Positions 36,671-48,878 are shown, counted from the first letter of the stretch. The stretch is 64,000 bases of DNA from Octopus sinensis (GCF_006345805.1 NC_043010.1:28954001-29018000); one strand, 5' to 3'. Program-made: numbers and translations. The notes: generated by a model from the sequence alone, not told the origin.

Positions 36671-38009
36671 AAAATGCATAAACATAATATATATATATAT
36701 ATATATACACTATAAAAACCCATGTGATTTATGCACTTTTTTCCTGCAAAACTAAAAATAAACTTTAGGGGTGCATAAATTATATGAGTAGATCGTTTCC
36801 AGAATTTATTTTGAAATTCTTTTTGTTGCAAAATGACATACAAAATGTAAACATTCATACTGGAAGTTAACTCATTTTTTGCATGAAAAAATAATGGCTT
36901 AAATATGAAGTTGACTTTTATTTATGCTGGATGGTATACTGCTTGCTTTTTCTGTATAAATTTACTAAAACCATTAAATGATTAACTACTTTTTGAAATC
37001 TGACGTTCAGGCTGGTAAACACGGTCTGGGCCATAGTTTACATTGCTTGGAGTGTCTACCTATCGCAATGGAGCACCATTGACATACGTAATGATATGGA
37101 TATTCCTGACTGAAAAAAAAATGTAATGATATGGATAATCTTGATTGTAGGTTTTTATTTTTGTCTGTTTATTACTAGGCACAGTTTTAAATTTGTTGTA
37201 CTGTTTACGCCAATTTCGAACATTGGCTCTATTGCCACATTCAAATGCATATTCAGCATATTTAATTTCTCCTTCACAGTAAATGATTCATAAGTCCTAC
37301 TCATACTGACAATAACAGTAATGAGAAATTTTAAAGTTTGCTTGACATTTTATAAGTGTGAAAGGGATTAAAATTTTGATACTCCATATCCAAGGTTCTG
37401 ACAAAAATAGGTGGAAAAGAATTGTGTTTATATAATCAGTTTGATCGGTCATCTTTCTCTGTCAGTTGAATAAAGTGTCATCAACAACTTTTCCTGTGAT
37501 CATGATTTGAGGAGACCTACAGAAGTATGCTAAAGATCGGACAATGATCTCTTGTGGGCAAGAAATGTAAAATAAAGTTTATTATAAACAACACAAGCAT
37601 TTTAATAGCTTTCAATGTGATATCTGTTAAACAGAAATTATTTTATCTAATGAAATTTTAATAAAATATAATCTAAGTAAAATTATGCTAAATACAACTA
37701 AATTGAAAACCTTTTCCCCCTGGCTATATCAGCAATTCTAAAAACTTTTGGGTGCAAATTTTACATGAGAAGAAGCTTTTTTTAACAAATTTTATTCTGA
37801 AAATCACCTGTGTAAATTGCAGAGGTGTGTAATTTATGTGGGTTTTTATGGTATATACATATATATAAATCTGGGGGTGTTGCAAGGTGAGAAGAGTTTT
37901 CTGGAAAAGTGTTTATAGGAAATGCATGTATATTTTAAGATTGGTGTTCTATATATAAATTATATATACACATACACACACACCCATAAATGAATAATAT
38001 ATATGTATA

Positions 38010-38195
38010 TATATATTGAAGTGTTACATTATATATAAGGGCTTAGTAAAATAAATTTATTTTACTAAGCCCTTATATATAATGTAATATTTTGAATTCG
38101 CCTAAAATGGTCCCTTTACATACTGAATACTTGGTGAAATTGATTAATAATTAATTAATTTTACCCTCAATTGTTGAAATTATATATTGAAGTGT
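38010..38195. mobile_element. 156-bp insertion with a 15-bp target-site-like duplication, beginning with a perfect 64-bp palindrome
   Basis: TATATATTGAAGTGT at 38010-38024 and 38181-38195; 38024-38055 is the exact reverse complement of 38056-38087. Confidence 0.75.
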
Positions 38196-38752
38196 ACGTT
38201 TATTATACAGTTGATCTTGCCAATTACTTTTGCACAAGGGGTTCAATGAAGTGTTAGGAAACAGCCTGATTATGTAACCCTGCACTCATCAGAGATGGCA
38301 GTTGTGGAATGAAATATGACAACTGCTCTCTACTGTTCGAGGTGAAATGACACATCCAGTTTGTGGTTGCTGTGAAAGAGACAATTGAATGAACTGAGCA
38401 AGGGTTAAGAGTTACGTCCCTTGGCACCAAAACGTCATTTCTTGTGTTACAAGGCAACTAGAGTTTTCTGGAAAACTATGTATGTTTTAGCATTGGCGTT
38501 CTATATATATATATAGAACAAATAGTGAGGGATTGTTAATCCTGGCAAAATACTTCATAAGTTGCAGTTCTTCACTTATCTAAGTAATATTGTTAGCCAG
38601 GCTAACAATATTACTTAGATTAGTGAAGAACTGCAAGTAATCTTGTGGTAGGGTCTAAGGTTATGGTTCATCACAATTCTATATTGTAAATCTGTGGGCT
38701 CAAACTGATTTTTACACAGAGTGATCATTCTTATATATATATATATAAATCT

Positions 38753-38795
<43 letters not shown>

Positions 38796-38800
<5 letters not shown>

Positions 38801-39022
38801 CTTTACTACCCACAAGGGGCTAAATATAGAGGGGACAAACAAGGACAGACAAATGGATTAAGTCGATTACATCGACCCCAGTGCGAAACTGGTACTTTAT
38901 TTATCTACCCCGAAAGGATGAAAGGCAAAGTCTACCTCGGCGGAATTTGAACTCAGAACATAACGTCAGACGAAATACCGCTAAGCATTTCGCCCGGGGC
39001 GCTAACGTTTCTGCCAGCTCGC
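38796..39022 (-). mobile_element. Complete SINE type B with a Tx1-like 3' tail
   Basis: Minus strand GCGAGCTGGCAGAAACGTTAGC...GAGTTCAAATTCC (A/B boxes), core, then TTGTCCCCTCTATATTTAGCCCCTTGTGGGTAGTAAAGAAA(TA)n. Confidence 0.85.
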
Positions 39023-39149
39023 ATACACACATTTAGATACATATATAAATGTATAAATGAATAAGTAAAAGGCTGGATATATTACTAGTTTTGTATTACT
39101 CAAGAAGACCCATACTCCACAGCAAAAGTGTTTAGGCCACATACCCTGG

Positions 39150-39387
39150 TGAAGAGGATTGGCCTGCAAAACTCCTGTGCCAATGCTATGTAAAAGGCAC
39201 TCATCCAGTGCCATGTAAAAGCACCCAGTCCACTCTGTGAAGTAGTTGGCGTTAGGAAGGGCATCCAGCCTTAGAAACCATGCCAAATCAGACTGGAGCC
39301 TGGCGTAGATTTCCAGCTTGCCAGCTCTGGTCAAATCATCCAGCCCATGCCAACATGGATAATGGATATTAAATGATGATGATGATA
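39150..39387 (+). mobile_element. RTE-type tailed retroposon fragment with two minisatellite monomer remnants
   Basis: GTGCCAATGCTATGTAAAAGGCAC...GTGCCATGTAAAAGCACC, then GTTGGCGTTAGGAAGGGCATCCAGC and a (GAT)n end; same family as 25934-26480. Confidence 0.75.
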
Positions 39388-41029
39388 TGTTGACCCTAAA
39401 AGGATAAAAAACAGAATCGACATTGGTGGGATTTCAATGAAGATATGTAATATTAGTTTCAAATTTTGGCACAAGGCCAACAAGTTTGAGGGAGGGGATA
39501 ACATTGATACCAGTGTTCAACTGGTACTTATTTTATTGAACCTGAAAGGATGAAAGGCAAAGTCAACCTGGATGGAATTTGAACTCAGAACATAGAGATG
39601 AACGAAATGCTGCTACGCATTTTGCCTGGTATGTTAACAATTCTATCAGTTCCCCAACTTGAAAATGTGTAATTCTACTGTATCAGATATCTTCTACTAT
39701 AATTAAATCTACTTAGACATCTTGTCATTTGTTGTTTAGTTTATTAGTCTACTGTCAGTGGTTTCAGTCATGAAGGGTTTTTGCTGCTTATATCAACACT
39801 AATACTTAATCTGGTACTTATATTTAATCTTATCCATAAGATGTGAGAATGTAAAAGAAACACTGGAATAATGCATGCATGTAGGTATTTATATTTACAT
39901 ATATGTGCATGTGTGTCATCATCATCATCATCTTTAATGTCCATTTTCAATGCTACCATGAATAGGACATTTTAATAGGAACTGCACCAAACTCCAATTG
40001 TCTGTTTTGGCATGGTTTCTATGTCTGGATGCCATCTACTTTAGAGTGTACTGGGTGCTTTTTACAATGCATTGGGCACTAATGAGATTGCCAAGTAATT
40101 GGGAGCTAGCTTTGTACTGGGTAATGAGAAATTAAATCATAACAGAGGTGTCTTAGCTGTAGAGGAGATGCATGGTTACCCCAGTTAGAAAAAAAAAAGA
40201 TTATGGTGGTGAGAGCATACCCTCAAGTTACAGGAATGTGACTATAAGAGAAGTGGTATGGGTGGGTAAGTAATTTTGTGGAATTGTGAGAGGTGAGTAA
40301 CAGATGAATAGAGAATGGGATAGAGTGAAATGAGGTAGATTCACAAGTGTTTTCAGAGTTGGTTAACCTACAACCTTTCCTTTCAATGCTAGAAAATATT
40401 CCAGCTCCCCCAACATTATGAAGCTTATATAAAGTCATGGCAGCAAACTCATCATAGCATTGGCCATTATTATCAAACCTCACATTATTTGTTCTGAATT
40501 CCTGGGCTCTGTGTTCAAATCCCACTGAGGTCGACTTTACTTTTCATCTTTCTGGAGTCAATTAAAAGAATCAATCTAAGATTGTGAATTGCTGCAAATG
40601 TAAGAATGTTGGACTGGATATCTTGAGAAAGTGAGGGAAAATTTCAAAGCTGCTCAAAACTATACAGATCTCTGCTTTAGTAAACATGTAGCCTAAAGGT
40701 CTACTTTTATATCTGAGAGCATAGCTGCTAGAATAAGAACAGGCCATGTGTCTTTGTTTGTCCCCCATCAGCAAGTTTGCTGTTTTCTCTGTATAGGAGC
40801 AGTTTAGCTCCAAATGACTGAAGTAGTATATGTCACCGTGAAGGTTAAATAATGCTGAAACACCAGGTGTCTGGTAGTCTAAGCGATATCTCTAGGAGCT
40901 TGGCCCAATGTGTTTTTACACATAAAAATTATAAACAAATATTTCTCTGACAAAATCCTAATGCAAATGTCTTTAATGTTTTTGTATGCTAGGATGGACT
41001 AAAAATATATGTACACATCTTCATATATA

Positions 41030-41580
41030 TATTTTATCTTTTACTTGTTTCAGTCATTGGACTGTGATCATGCTCAGGAACTACCTCAAAAAGTTTTAAT
41101 TGACCTCAGTACTTATTTTTAAAACCTGGTATTTATCCTATTAATCTATTTTGCTGAACCACTAGGTTACATGAACATAAACAAACCAACACATGTTGTC
41201 AAGCAGTGGGTGATAGACAAGCACAAAGACACACATCCATATATGATGAGCTTCCACACAGTTTGTGTCTACCAAATTCACTCACAAGGAATCAGTTGGC
41301 AGTAAGAGAAAACATTATATGTGGTGAGGTGGCAGAATCGTTTGTCCTTACATCTGAGTTCAAATTCTGCCGAAGTTGACTTTGCTTTTCATCCTTTTGG
41401 GATCGATAAAATATGTTTCAGTTGAACATTGGGGTCAACGTAATCAACTTAACTCCTATCTCGAAATTGCTGGCCTTGTGCCAAAATTTGAAATCAATAA
41501 CCTAAGACACATGTCTGAACCTGAAACTACATTGTTGCAAGGCAAGCTTCTTAACAACACAGTCTTACCGGCACTCACAC
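41030..41580. mobile_element. Nested SINE cluster: a type A copy (minus) interrupted by a type B copy (plus, 41320-41500)
   Basis: The type A tail and body at 41030-41300 and a head fragment at 41505-41580 flank a forward type B copy ending GGCCTTGTGCCAAAATTTGAAATC. Confidence 0.65.
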
Positions 41581-42973
41581 ACATCTCTCTCTCTCTATAT
41601 ATAATATGGATATCAGTGTGGGATGCAATATGATACATTTCAAGAGAAACACTGAGGTAGTGTCCGACTGAATTACCTCCCCTTACATCAACTTTTCATT
41701 GTATAGTTCATTTCTTAGCAAAAATAGAATACAGACGAAGGACTGGTGTTAACAATTGATTAAAAATCCTTTAAGGTAAAGCCTCAGCATGACTGCAGTA
41801 CAACGATAGAATGTACTAAAAAGGAGTCTGGTTGATGTTCACTTTTACTGTCCCCAAGTTAATATTTACAGCAAAGTTGGTGACCTTTTGTGGGAGGAAG
41901 TTTATAGCTTAGTGGTTAAATGAAGGGCCAAGAGATTTTAGAGGTGAACGGAGTTCTTTATGAAACGTTGTCAGTAAGGGTTAGCCCAAGTATTATGTAT
42001 GTTTCCCAGATGAGGTGAACTGGGATGCAAATTAATTAATAATTGCTGCCTTGAAAAAGAAAAAAGGATACACTGGACAATGTAGTTACTGATGCACAAA
42101 ACAGGATGGTCATGGCTGGAACAGCTTTGCTAATAGGTCTGCTTGATCAAGGATGACCTGGGGTTAAAAAAAACATAATGATAAAGTAGGAAGAGAGTCT
42201 GATTATCAGGAACTGAATGAATGGCTGTTTGGTTAAGAACCAGACCTCAGTACGTCATTTTCATGACTGTGATGTGGCGAACTGGAAAGTGAAGAAATAG
42301 AACTCAAAGGAATAAAATATCAAATCTATAGATTCTTAAAGCAAACTAACACTTTCTAAGTTAAAAAAAAAAAGCCACAAATTTTTGGATGGTGGGAAAA
42401 GGTGATAAATTTATTCAATGCTACAACCTGTCTAATACTATTGTATCAACCCAAGAACAATGAAAAGATCAAGCCAACCCTGATAGAAACTGAACTTAGA
42501 ACATAGAAAAGGTCATAAATTCCATAATGTATTTTGTCCACTCCTCTACCAATTCTGCCAGCCATTGTCCTTGAAAGAAAAAGAACAAAAATAATGATTC
42601 GTTTTTAACAGATAAAGCTATAAGTAGCATGAAAATATTGGGTTTAAAATCTTTATAGATAGAAAAAGTTGAAGGCTGCCTGTGGGGCTTGAACTCACAT
42701 CTTCTATAAATATGACAAATGTTCTACTGTTGGACCAAAGCAAAGCAGTCCTTCGAATTTCTGTATCCGTTTTAGAAGCTTCATTCTTACCAGTGAGAAT
42801 TGTATGTTGTCAATGTCATAAGATTTAGAAAATCTCCCTCTCAAAGTTTCTAAATTCTTTTGTGACCAACAAAAATAATATTCAAGCTAACTGTAAAAGA
42901 TATATATATATATATATATATATATAAGAAAGTGAGATGACAAAGGAAAAATGATTATCTTATGAACTTCATT

Positions 42974-43056
42974 GGCTTACAGCTGCTTCTGCAATAAAAT
43001 TCAGTGGACTCATATAGTTGAGTGCCTGAGTAACACCTTATACCTTCATCAGAACC
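42974..43056 (-). ncRNA. Degenerate hammerhead-like motif with extended stem II (Penelope-like remnant)
   Basis: Minus strand GGTT-CTGATGA-A-[~55 nt including the hairpin GGCACTCA/TGAGTCC]-GAAGC-AGCT-GTA-AGCC; stem I GGUU/AGCC; GAAA is mutated to GAAG; next to (TA)n at ~42899-42925. Confidence 0.4.
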
Positions 43057-44081
43057 TCGATTATGAAGCTTACAATTGTTTATTCCTTTGACATCTCACT
43101 TTCTTATTACTGCACTATACTCGACTAATGCTTCATTCTGAAGCATATGTAGATTGAATTCTACACCCGGTTATTAGTCTTGCAATGCTTAATATATACA
43201 TACATACATATATATATAGACACACACATAAACTCACTCAAACTTACCAAGTGTATAGTTGAATCTAAACTTCTACATTCTATACAGTTGCTTGAGGTGT
43301 TGAAAATTGTAGTCACATCTTTGTCAATAACTTACAAACTATCTTTATAGATTGAATTATTTAAAGAATTTCTATGTAGTTGCTTGGATTCTTCAACATA
43401 GCTGTTACAGTTGTGACAGTAACTTTTAAATTTAACAATTTGAGCTAAATAACGTCTGTATTTGTTGCTTGAGGCACTCAATATTGCAACCACAACTCTG
43501 CTTATAATTAACTAGCTGCTTTGTAAGATATACCACATGCTTCAAATTGCAAATTTTAGGATGGAGAGCCCCACCATCCTCCATCACCACAAAGATGGTC
43601 TCAGTGATTAAACATATTGTTCAGCTACATCTGCATACATAAATCTCTTGTGAATTGTTCCATGTTCTTATCATAACCACTAGGTCAGGAGGTCAACTTT
43701 GCTTTTCATACGTCTGGGATAAATAAATAAAGTACCAATCTAAGGTAGAAGTCAGAATACCAGTGACTGAGATTACAACACACTTCTTGAATGAGATGCC
43801 AGTTACTCATTTGCAACTGAGTGGACTGGAGCAACATGAAATGAAGTGACTTGCTCAAGAACACAACACACTAACTGGTGTAGTAATTGGAACCATGATG
43901 TTGTGTTCATGAGTGCATTCTAGGTTGCATGCCTTCACTCCTGATTAACAGATGACAAAGAAAAAACTTCCCTGTGATTTCATAAAGAAGAATTAAAAAA
44001 AGAAAGTATGAAATCTTTTTGCTAGAGAAATTGTCATTCATTTAAAAAAAAAATTTTGATTTTATTATTGAATTAAATTAA

Positions 44082-45511
44082 TTATTTGTTTGTGAATATT
44101 CGTGTTGTGTTTGCTAACTGAGGGTTGTTTGTAAATAAATGTGTGGCTGGAGCCATTTGTAAAGTGGGGAAAAGTTGAGCAGTTGAAGACATTTGGATTG
44201 TATGAAAAATCTGTGTGATGGGTGTGTTAGCAAGTGTGACTGTATGTGCACCGAGTGTTGCCTGCTGTGGGATCACAGCAGTAGCAGTGCCTGCATTGGT
44301 GTGAAATACTGTTGCTTGGCCTTCTGTTAGCTGTGCTTGTGAATCAATGGCTGTTAGTCCTGAAGCAGTGCTTGCATCTTGAATTATGTTGGATTGTGTT
44401 GTCTGTTGTTGTTGATGATGGTGCACTTGTTGTGCCAGTTGTATTTGCGGTAGATCGTTTTGAAAATGCACCTCAGTGACAGTAGCCCCTGTTGCTGGAG
44501 CATCTTCTGTTGTATTGTTCACAACTTCTGCTATAACATCAGCACGTGGCACACAGCTCAGCTTCCTTCGTCCCTTTGTAGGTGTTTTGTGTTTAAGAAG
44601 GTGGTCATAACGAGAAAAGGCAAACCCACACAGATCGCACTGGTAAGGTCGTTCACCGGAGTGGATACGGGCATGAACTTTCAGGTAAGACTTCCGAGAG
44701 AATGCCTTATCACATATTTCACAACTGTACTGTTTACTGGCACCTTCTTGGTGACACAGTTTGTGTCGTTCAAGATTGTCACGCCGGGAAAAGGTTTTGC
44801 TGCAAACAGAGCAGTGAAATGGAACTGCATTGCAGTTGACACTTTTCTGAGGTGGCTTTGTGCTGCTGATTGGTAGGGCATAAGTGGTGATGATTCCAGG
44901 ACAGTTGTCTTCTTGTTTCCAGCAAATGCCTGAACTGTCTATTGCACTGGTATCAAGGTAGCAGCCACTGCAAGATGTTGCAACAACTGCAGGAAGTATT
45001 TTTACAATGTTCATTACATTGGTGCCATCTGTAGTAAAAGCTTGCACACTGTTGTCTACATCTGTTGACGTCTCCAAACTAGACGGCACTACAGCTGCTG
45101 CAGCGTGTGGTACAACAGCTGATGCAGTTGGTACAACAGTAGCAGCAGCAGCAACAGCTTCTTCATCATCAATGTCCTGTTTTAATACAAGATGGGGTTG
45201 ATATTGTTGCAGTTCAGACTGTTGCTGCAATTGCTGTTGAAAAAGTAGTTGTTGTTGTTGTTGTTGTTGATGCTGTTGCAGTTCTTGTTGAATCTGCAAC
45301 AGATCAGATGTTGTTAATTTTTTTGCATCTTCATCTTCTTTTATTGCACAGATGTAATTTACCTGATTTTCACCTGACAACACAGGAAATGCATTAGAAA
45401 TAATGCAACGTTCACTTGGTGGTGGTTGTATGGAGCTTTGACAGGTTTTTTGTTGCTGTTTCTGTTGTTCATCAAGGACTTCTGAAACCTGACTCGAAAT
45501 ATTGTTGCTGG

Positions 45512-45546
<35 letters not shown>

Positions 45547-45941
45547 ATGTTGTTGTTGTTGGCAGTGGTAGTGGTGGTAGTGGTGATAGCAGTGGTGGTG
45601 GTGACATTGTTTGCATCATTGCTTGTAGAGACTGGCATGACATTGGCAACAGAAGAAATAATGTGGCTGAATATTTTGTCGGTATGCTGCTTACGACGAT
45701 GCCGCATCAAGTGGTCATCCCGTGCAAATGCACAGCTGCAAATCCCACAGACATATGGCTTCTCACCAGTGTGTGACCGGCCATGCACCTTCAAATAAGA
45801 CTTGCGTGAGAATCCTTTTTGGCAGACATCGCAGTAGTAAACGGGTCTGGACAGGTGTGCGGCCTTGTGCCTCTCCAAGTTGTCACGACGGCTGAATGAC
45901 TTTCCACAGATATCACAGCGAGGAATCTTCTTCATCTTCAT
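44082..45941 (-). CDS. C2H2 zinc-finger protein, 619 aa from the first ATG, two three-finger arrays separated by a poly-T/S/Q/A linker
   Basis: Uninterrupted ORF (the track starts it at TTG 45950; the first ATG is 45941). Fingers CDICGKSFSRRDNLERHKAAH, CDVCQKGFSRKSYLKVHGRSH-TGEKPY, CGICSCAFARDDHLMRHRRKQH, then CSVCSKTFSRRDNLERHKLCH, CEICDKAFSRKSYLKVHARIH-SGERPY, CDLCGFAFSRYDHLLKH. Candidate AATAAA at 44061-44066. Confidence 0.92.
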
Positions 45942-46323
45942 CCAGAACAACAGGTTTGGGCTTCATCCAAAAGGATGAAGCAAAATTTGATGAACAAGAG
46001 AGGGAGGTGAGAGAGTGAGAGTGTTGGGAGAAAATATCTCTTATTGAATGGAATCGGAAAAGTTATAAGTGTTATTTTACAAATGATTCCCTAATTAGAC
46101 AGAGAAATCTCTCAGTGGGTGGGAGGAATCATATTTAAAAATGTTTTGTACATGACTTTTGCTTTAAAAAAGTTAGTAAAACAGGTAAGTGTTGTTTAAT
46201 GGTGATGGGCAGGCAGTTTTAAACAACAGAACTATCACCAGAATCAATGTTAGCAGAAGTCTTCTCCTTCTCCTCCTCCGGTCTCTGGGATAGTAATTAC
46301 CATTTTGCACTTTTATTGAATTA

Positions 46324-46350
46324 CTGGAAAACAAAAGAAAAAGAAAAATA
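46324..46350 (-). promoter_or_regulatory. Candidate 3' splice acceptor upstream of the zinc-finger CDS
   Basis: Minus strand TATTTTTCTTTTTCTTTTGTTTTCCAG|TAATTC: long polypyrimidine tract plus CAG, which would give ~380 nt of 5' leader in the CDS-bearing exon. Confidence 0.6.
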
Positions 46351-48878
46351 CAGGTAATTAGTTTGTAGATACTTCTATAGATAGATAAGTAACTATGTCA
46401 CCTTCATTACTTTTACATGTACAATTTCTATGCATGTTTGGGTTGGATGAATGTTATTGTAACAATATATTCTACAGCCAAATACCTCTACCTGTTTTTT
46501 AAGGAGGGAATTTTCATTCCATTGGTTTTAATTGACTAACTCCACCCTCACTTCCAAACTCCAGGCATTATCTTTTAGTTAGAAACAATTGTTTAAATGC
46601 AACAGGACAGAAGTGTTAGAGTATTGGACTAAATGCCTTGAGTTATTTGTTATAGTTGCTTATATCCTGAGTTGAAATCCTGCTGAGGTAAATTTTGCTG
46701 AGTCAGTAAAATAAGTAGCAGTTAAGTATTGAGGCTCATATATTGCTTGTCCCTTCCAACTAAAATTTCTGGCCTTGTACCAATGCAAAAAAAAAATAAA
46801 ATAAAATAAAAATAAAAATAAAAAATAAATGCAACTGAAAGTGAAGTTGCGAGTAGTATTTACATAAGCAACATGCATCTTATGGACAGTCATCCCAGTA
46901 ACTTCATATCTATCATCATCTCCCACCTATTTTAGTCTTTCTGCTGTCATTGCTTTCTCTCTCACCCACCCTTCCTTATTTACATTATCTGAGTAAAGTT
47001 ACTAAGGCATCATCTGCATTGATGTCACAGCAAAAGCCCGCCTCCCTAGGTATCTTCTAAAGTGATTGGTGAGCTAGCAGAGGGCTCTGATGTTCTTTCA
47101 TTCTTACCATACAAAGGATTGCTGGTGCACCCAGTCCACTCTGTAAAAGTTGATGATAGGAAGGATATCTTTCAGCTGTAGAAACTGAGCCTAAATGACA
47201 TATATGAGCATTAGTCTATGAGAAAAATTTTAAAAAGTGACTCTGACATTGATTATTTGTCCAACCCATGCCAGTATGGAAAGTAGACATAAAATGATGA
47301 TAATAACAAACAGATGTAGTTCATACAAGAGTGTATTACAAATAAATAAAAAATAAAACAATAAGGTGCACTTCCCAACATTTTATAAATTTCTTTGGGA
47401 TACCTACCTATGGCTTATTGCATAACGTATTGACGAATATTTTACATTTACTCCAATATTTCAAAAATGAAAGATTCTTTTCTTTGTGATCCTTTCAGAA
47501 CTATTCTGAGCACCAATTTGGATTGTGATCTATAGTTTAGGTTAACTGCTGATATACTTAAAACTGCCATTGAATTATATCTTATTTGTTCTGTTTAGTG
47601 GCATGTATATAACACAAGGATGACATCTAAGTAATATTAATTAGTCTATCTACTCACACCTGTCACATATATAACCAAGTGGTGAAGGTATTCACTAGGT
47701 TTGGACAAACTCCTCTGCAAATGTAATTATTATCTAATATTTATTTTCATTTTCCACAAATTGAATGCCTAACAGTGGCTCTATTTTAACAATTAAAATA
47801 ATCTCCGACAACATTGTGGCGATGTCATACCTGTGGCATCTAAAGGCAGGTAAATGCTGTGTCCCTTGCTGGCCAAATTCAATGTAGGTCATAGTGATTC
47901 TTAAACTTTCCCACTTTTACGAAAACAATTTTAATTAAAAAAACAAAACATCTCAAACGCCTTGTCACATTTAACCTCAGACCAGCCCTTGAGCAGACTT
48001 ATAATCAAAATCGCTCGGGCCGAGACCATTCCATCGTTTTCGGTGTATATACGACTATATTATCTAATGTCGCCCCTATTTTAGCTGGTAGGGGGAATTT
48101 AGCTGTTATTTCTAGGAAATTGAACGACTGCATAAAAACTCCACAATTGGTTCGATCTATGCAATTTTTGTTGTTATTGTTTAACTGTAGGTCAGTCATG
48201 ACTGAGTAGACTTATGATCAATGATATTCCACCCATGACCATTTAATTCTCCCGGATATGTGTACTTAGGACAACATTTTCCAATGTGTCTCTTCTTTTT
48301 CAAGGCGTAATTTGAGAGATGTGGCTGCTTCATAGAAGTCATTGTTGTTTAACTACTGATAACCCCCCATCCTGGAGTTTTATTGTAGAAAACGTTCCGG
48401 ACGTGACCATACCATCTTTTTACAAGAAACGTTATCCAATGCGTCCTTCCTCTTATGAAGGTGCAATGCGATTTGAAGGGAGACTGGTGTGTTATTTCTT
48501 GCAGGTTGAGTGACCCCATATAATAATAACTAAAATGATTTCATTCGCCGGTATATCGTTTCAGCTTATGAGACTGATGATAAGTCTGTCATGTGAATAA
48601 ATTTTAAATATTTACAGAAGTAGTTTATTAGGGTTATCAATTAAATATGCAAATGGAGCGGGGAGGGAAATCGGTTGACTTGTTTGTATTTGCTTTTCGG
48701 CAGTTGGAATGAAAATCGGACACGAAGCTTGGATTGCTTTCAAATCTCGAACAAACTCTGTTTTCCGTCTTAATGGATTTCACTAGTTTTATTTATAATT
48801 AAAATGAAAATAATTGAAGAAGGAAATTCTAAAAAATAACATAGATAAAACAAATAAAATATAATTGAAATAAATAAA

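Noticed and set aside
38254-38300. CTGATGAG on the minus strand as a hammerhead
   Set aside because: No stem II followed by GAAA, and no matching stem I or cleavage triplet.
44460-45798. Plus-strand and alternate-frame ORFs overlapping the zinc-finger CDS (138 aa, 98 aa, 96 aa)
   Set aside because: Shadow frames of the real CDS and its trinucleotide repeats.
46180-46360. Plus-strand donor-like motifs ACAG|GTAAGT (46184) and ACAG|GTAATT (~46353) as exons of an antisense gene
   Set aside because: No paired acceptor and open frame could be established; such motifs occur by chance in AT-rich DNA.
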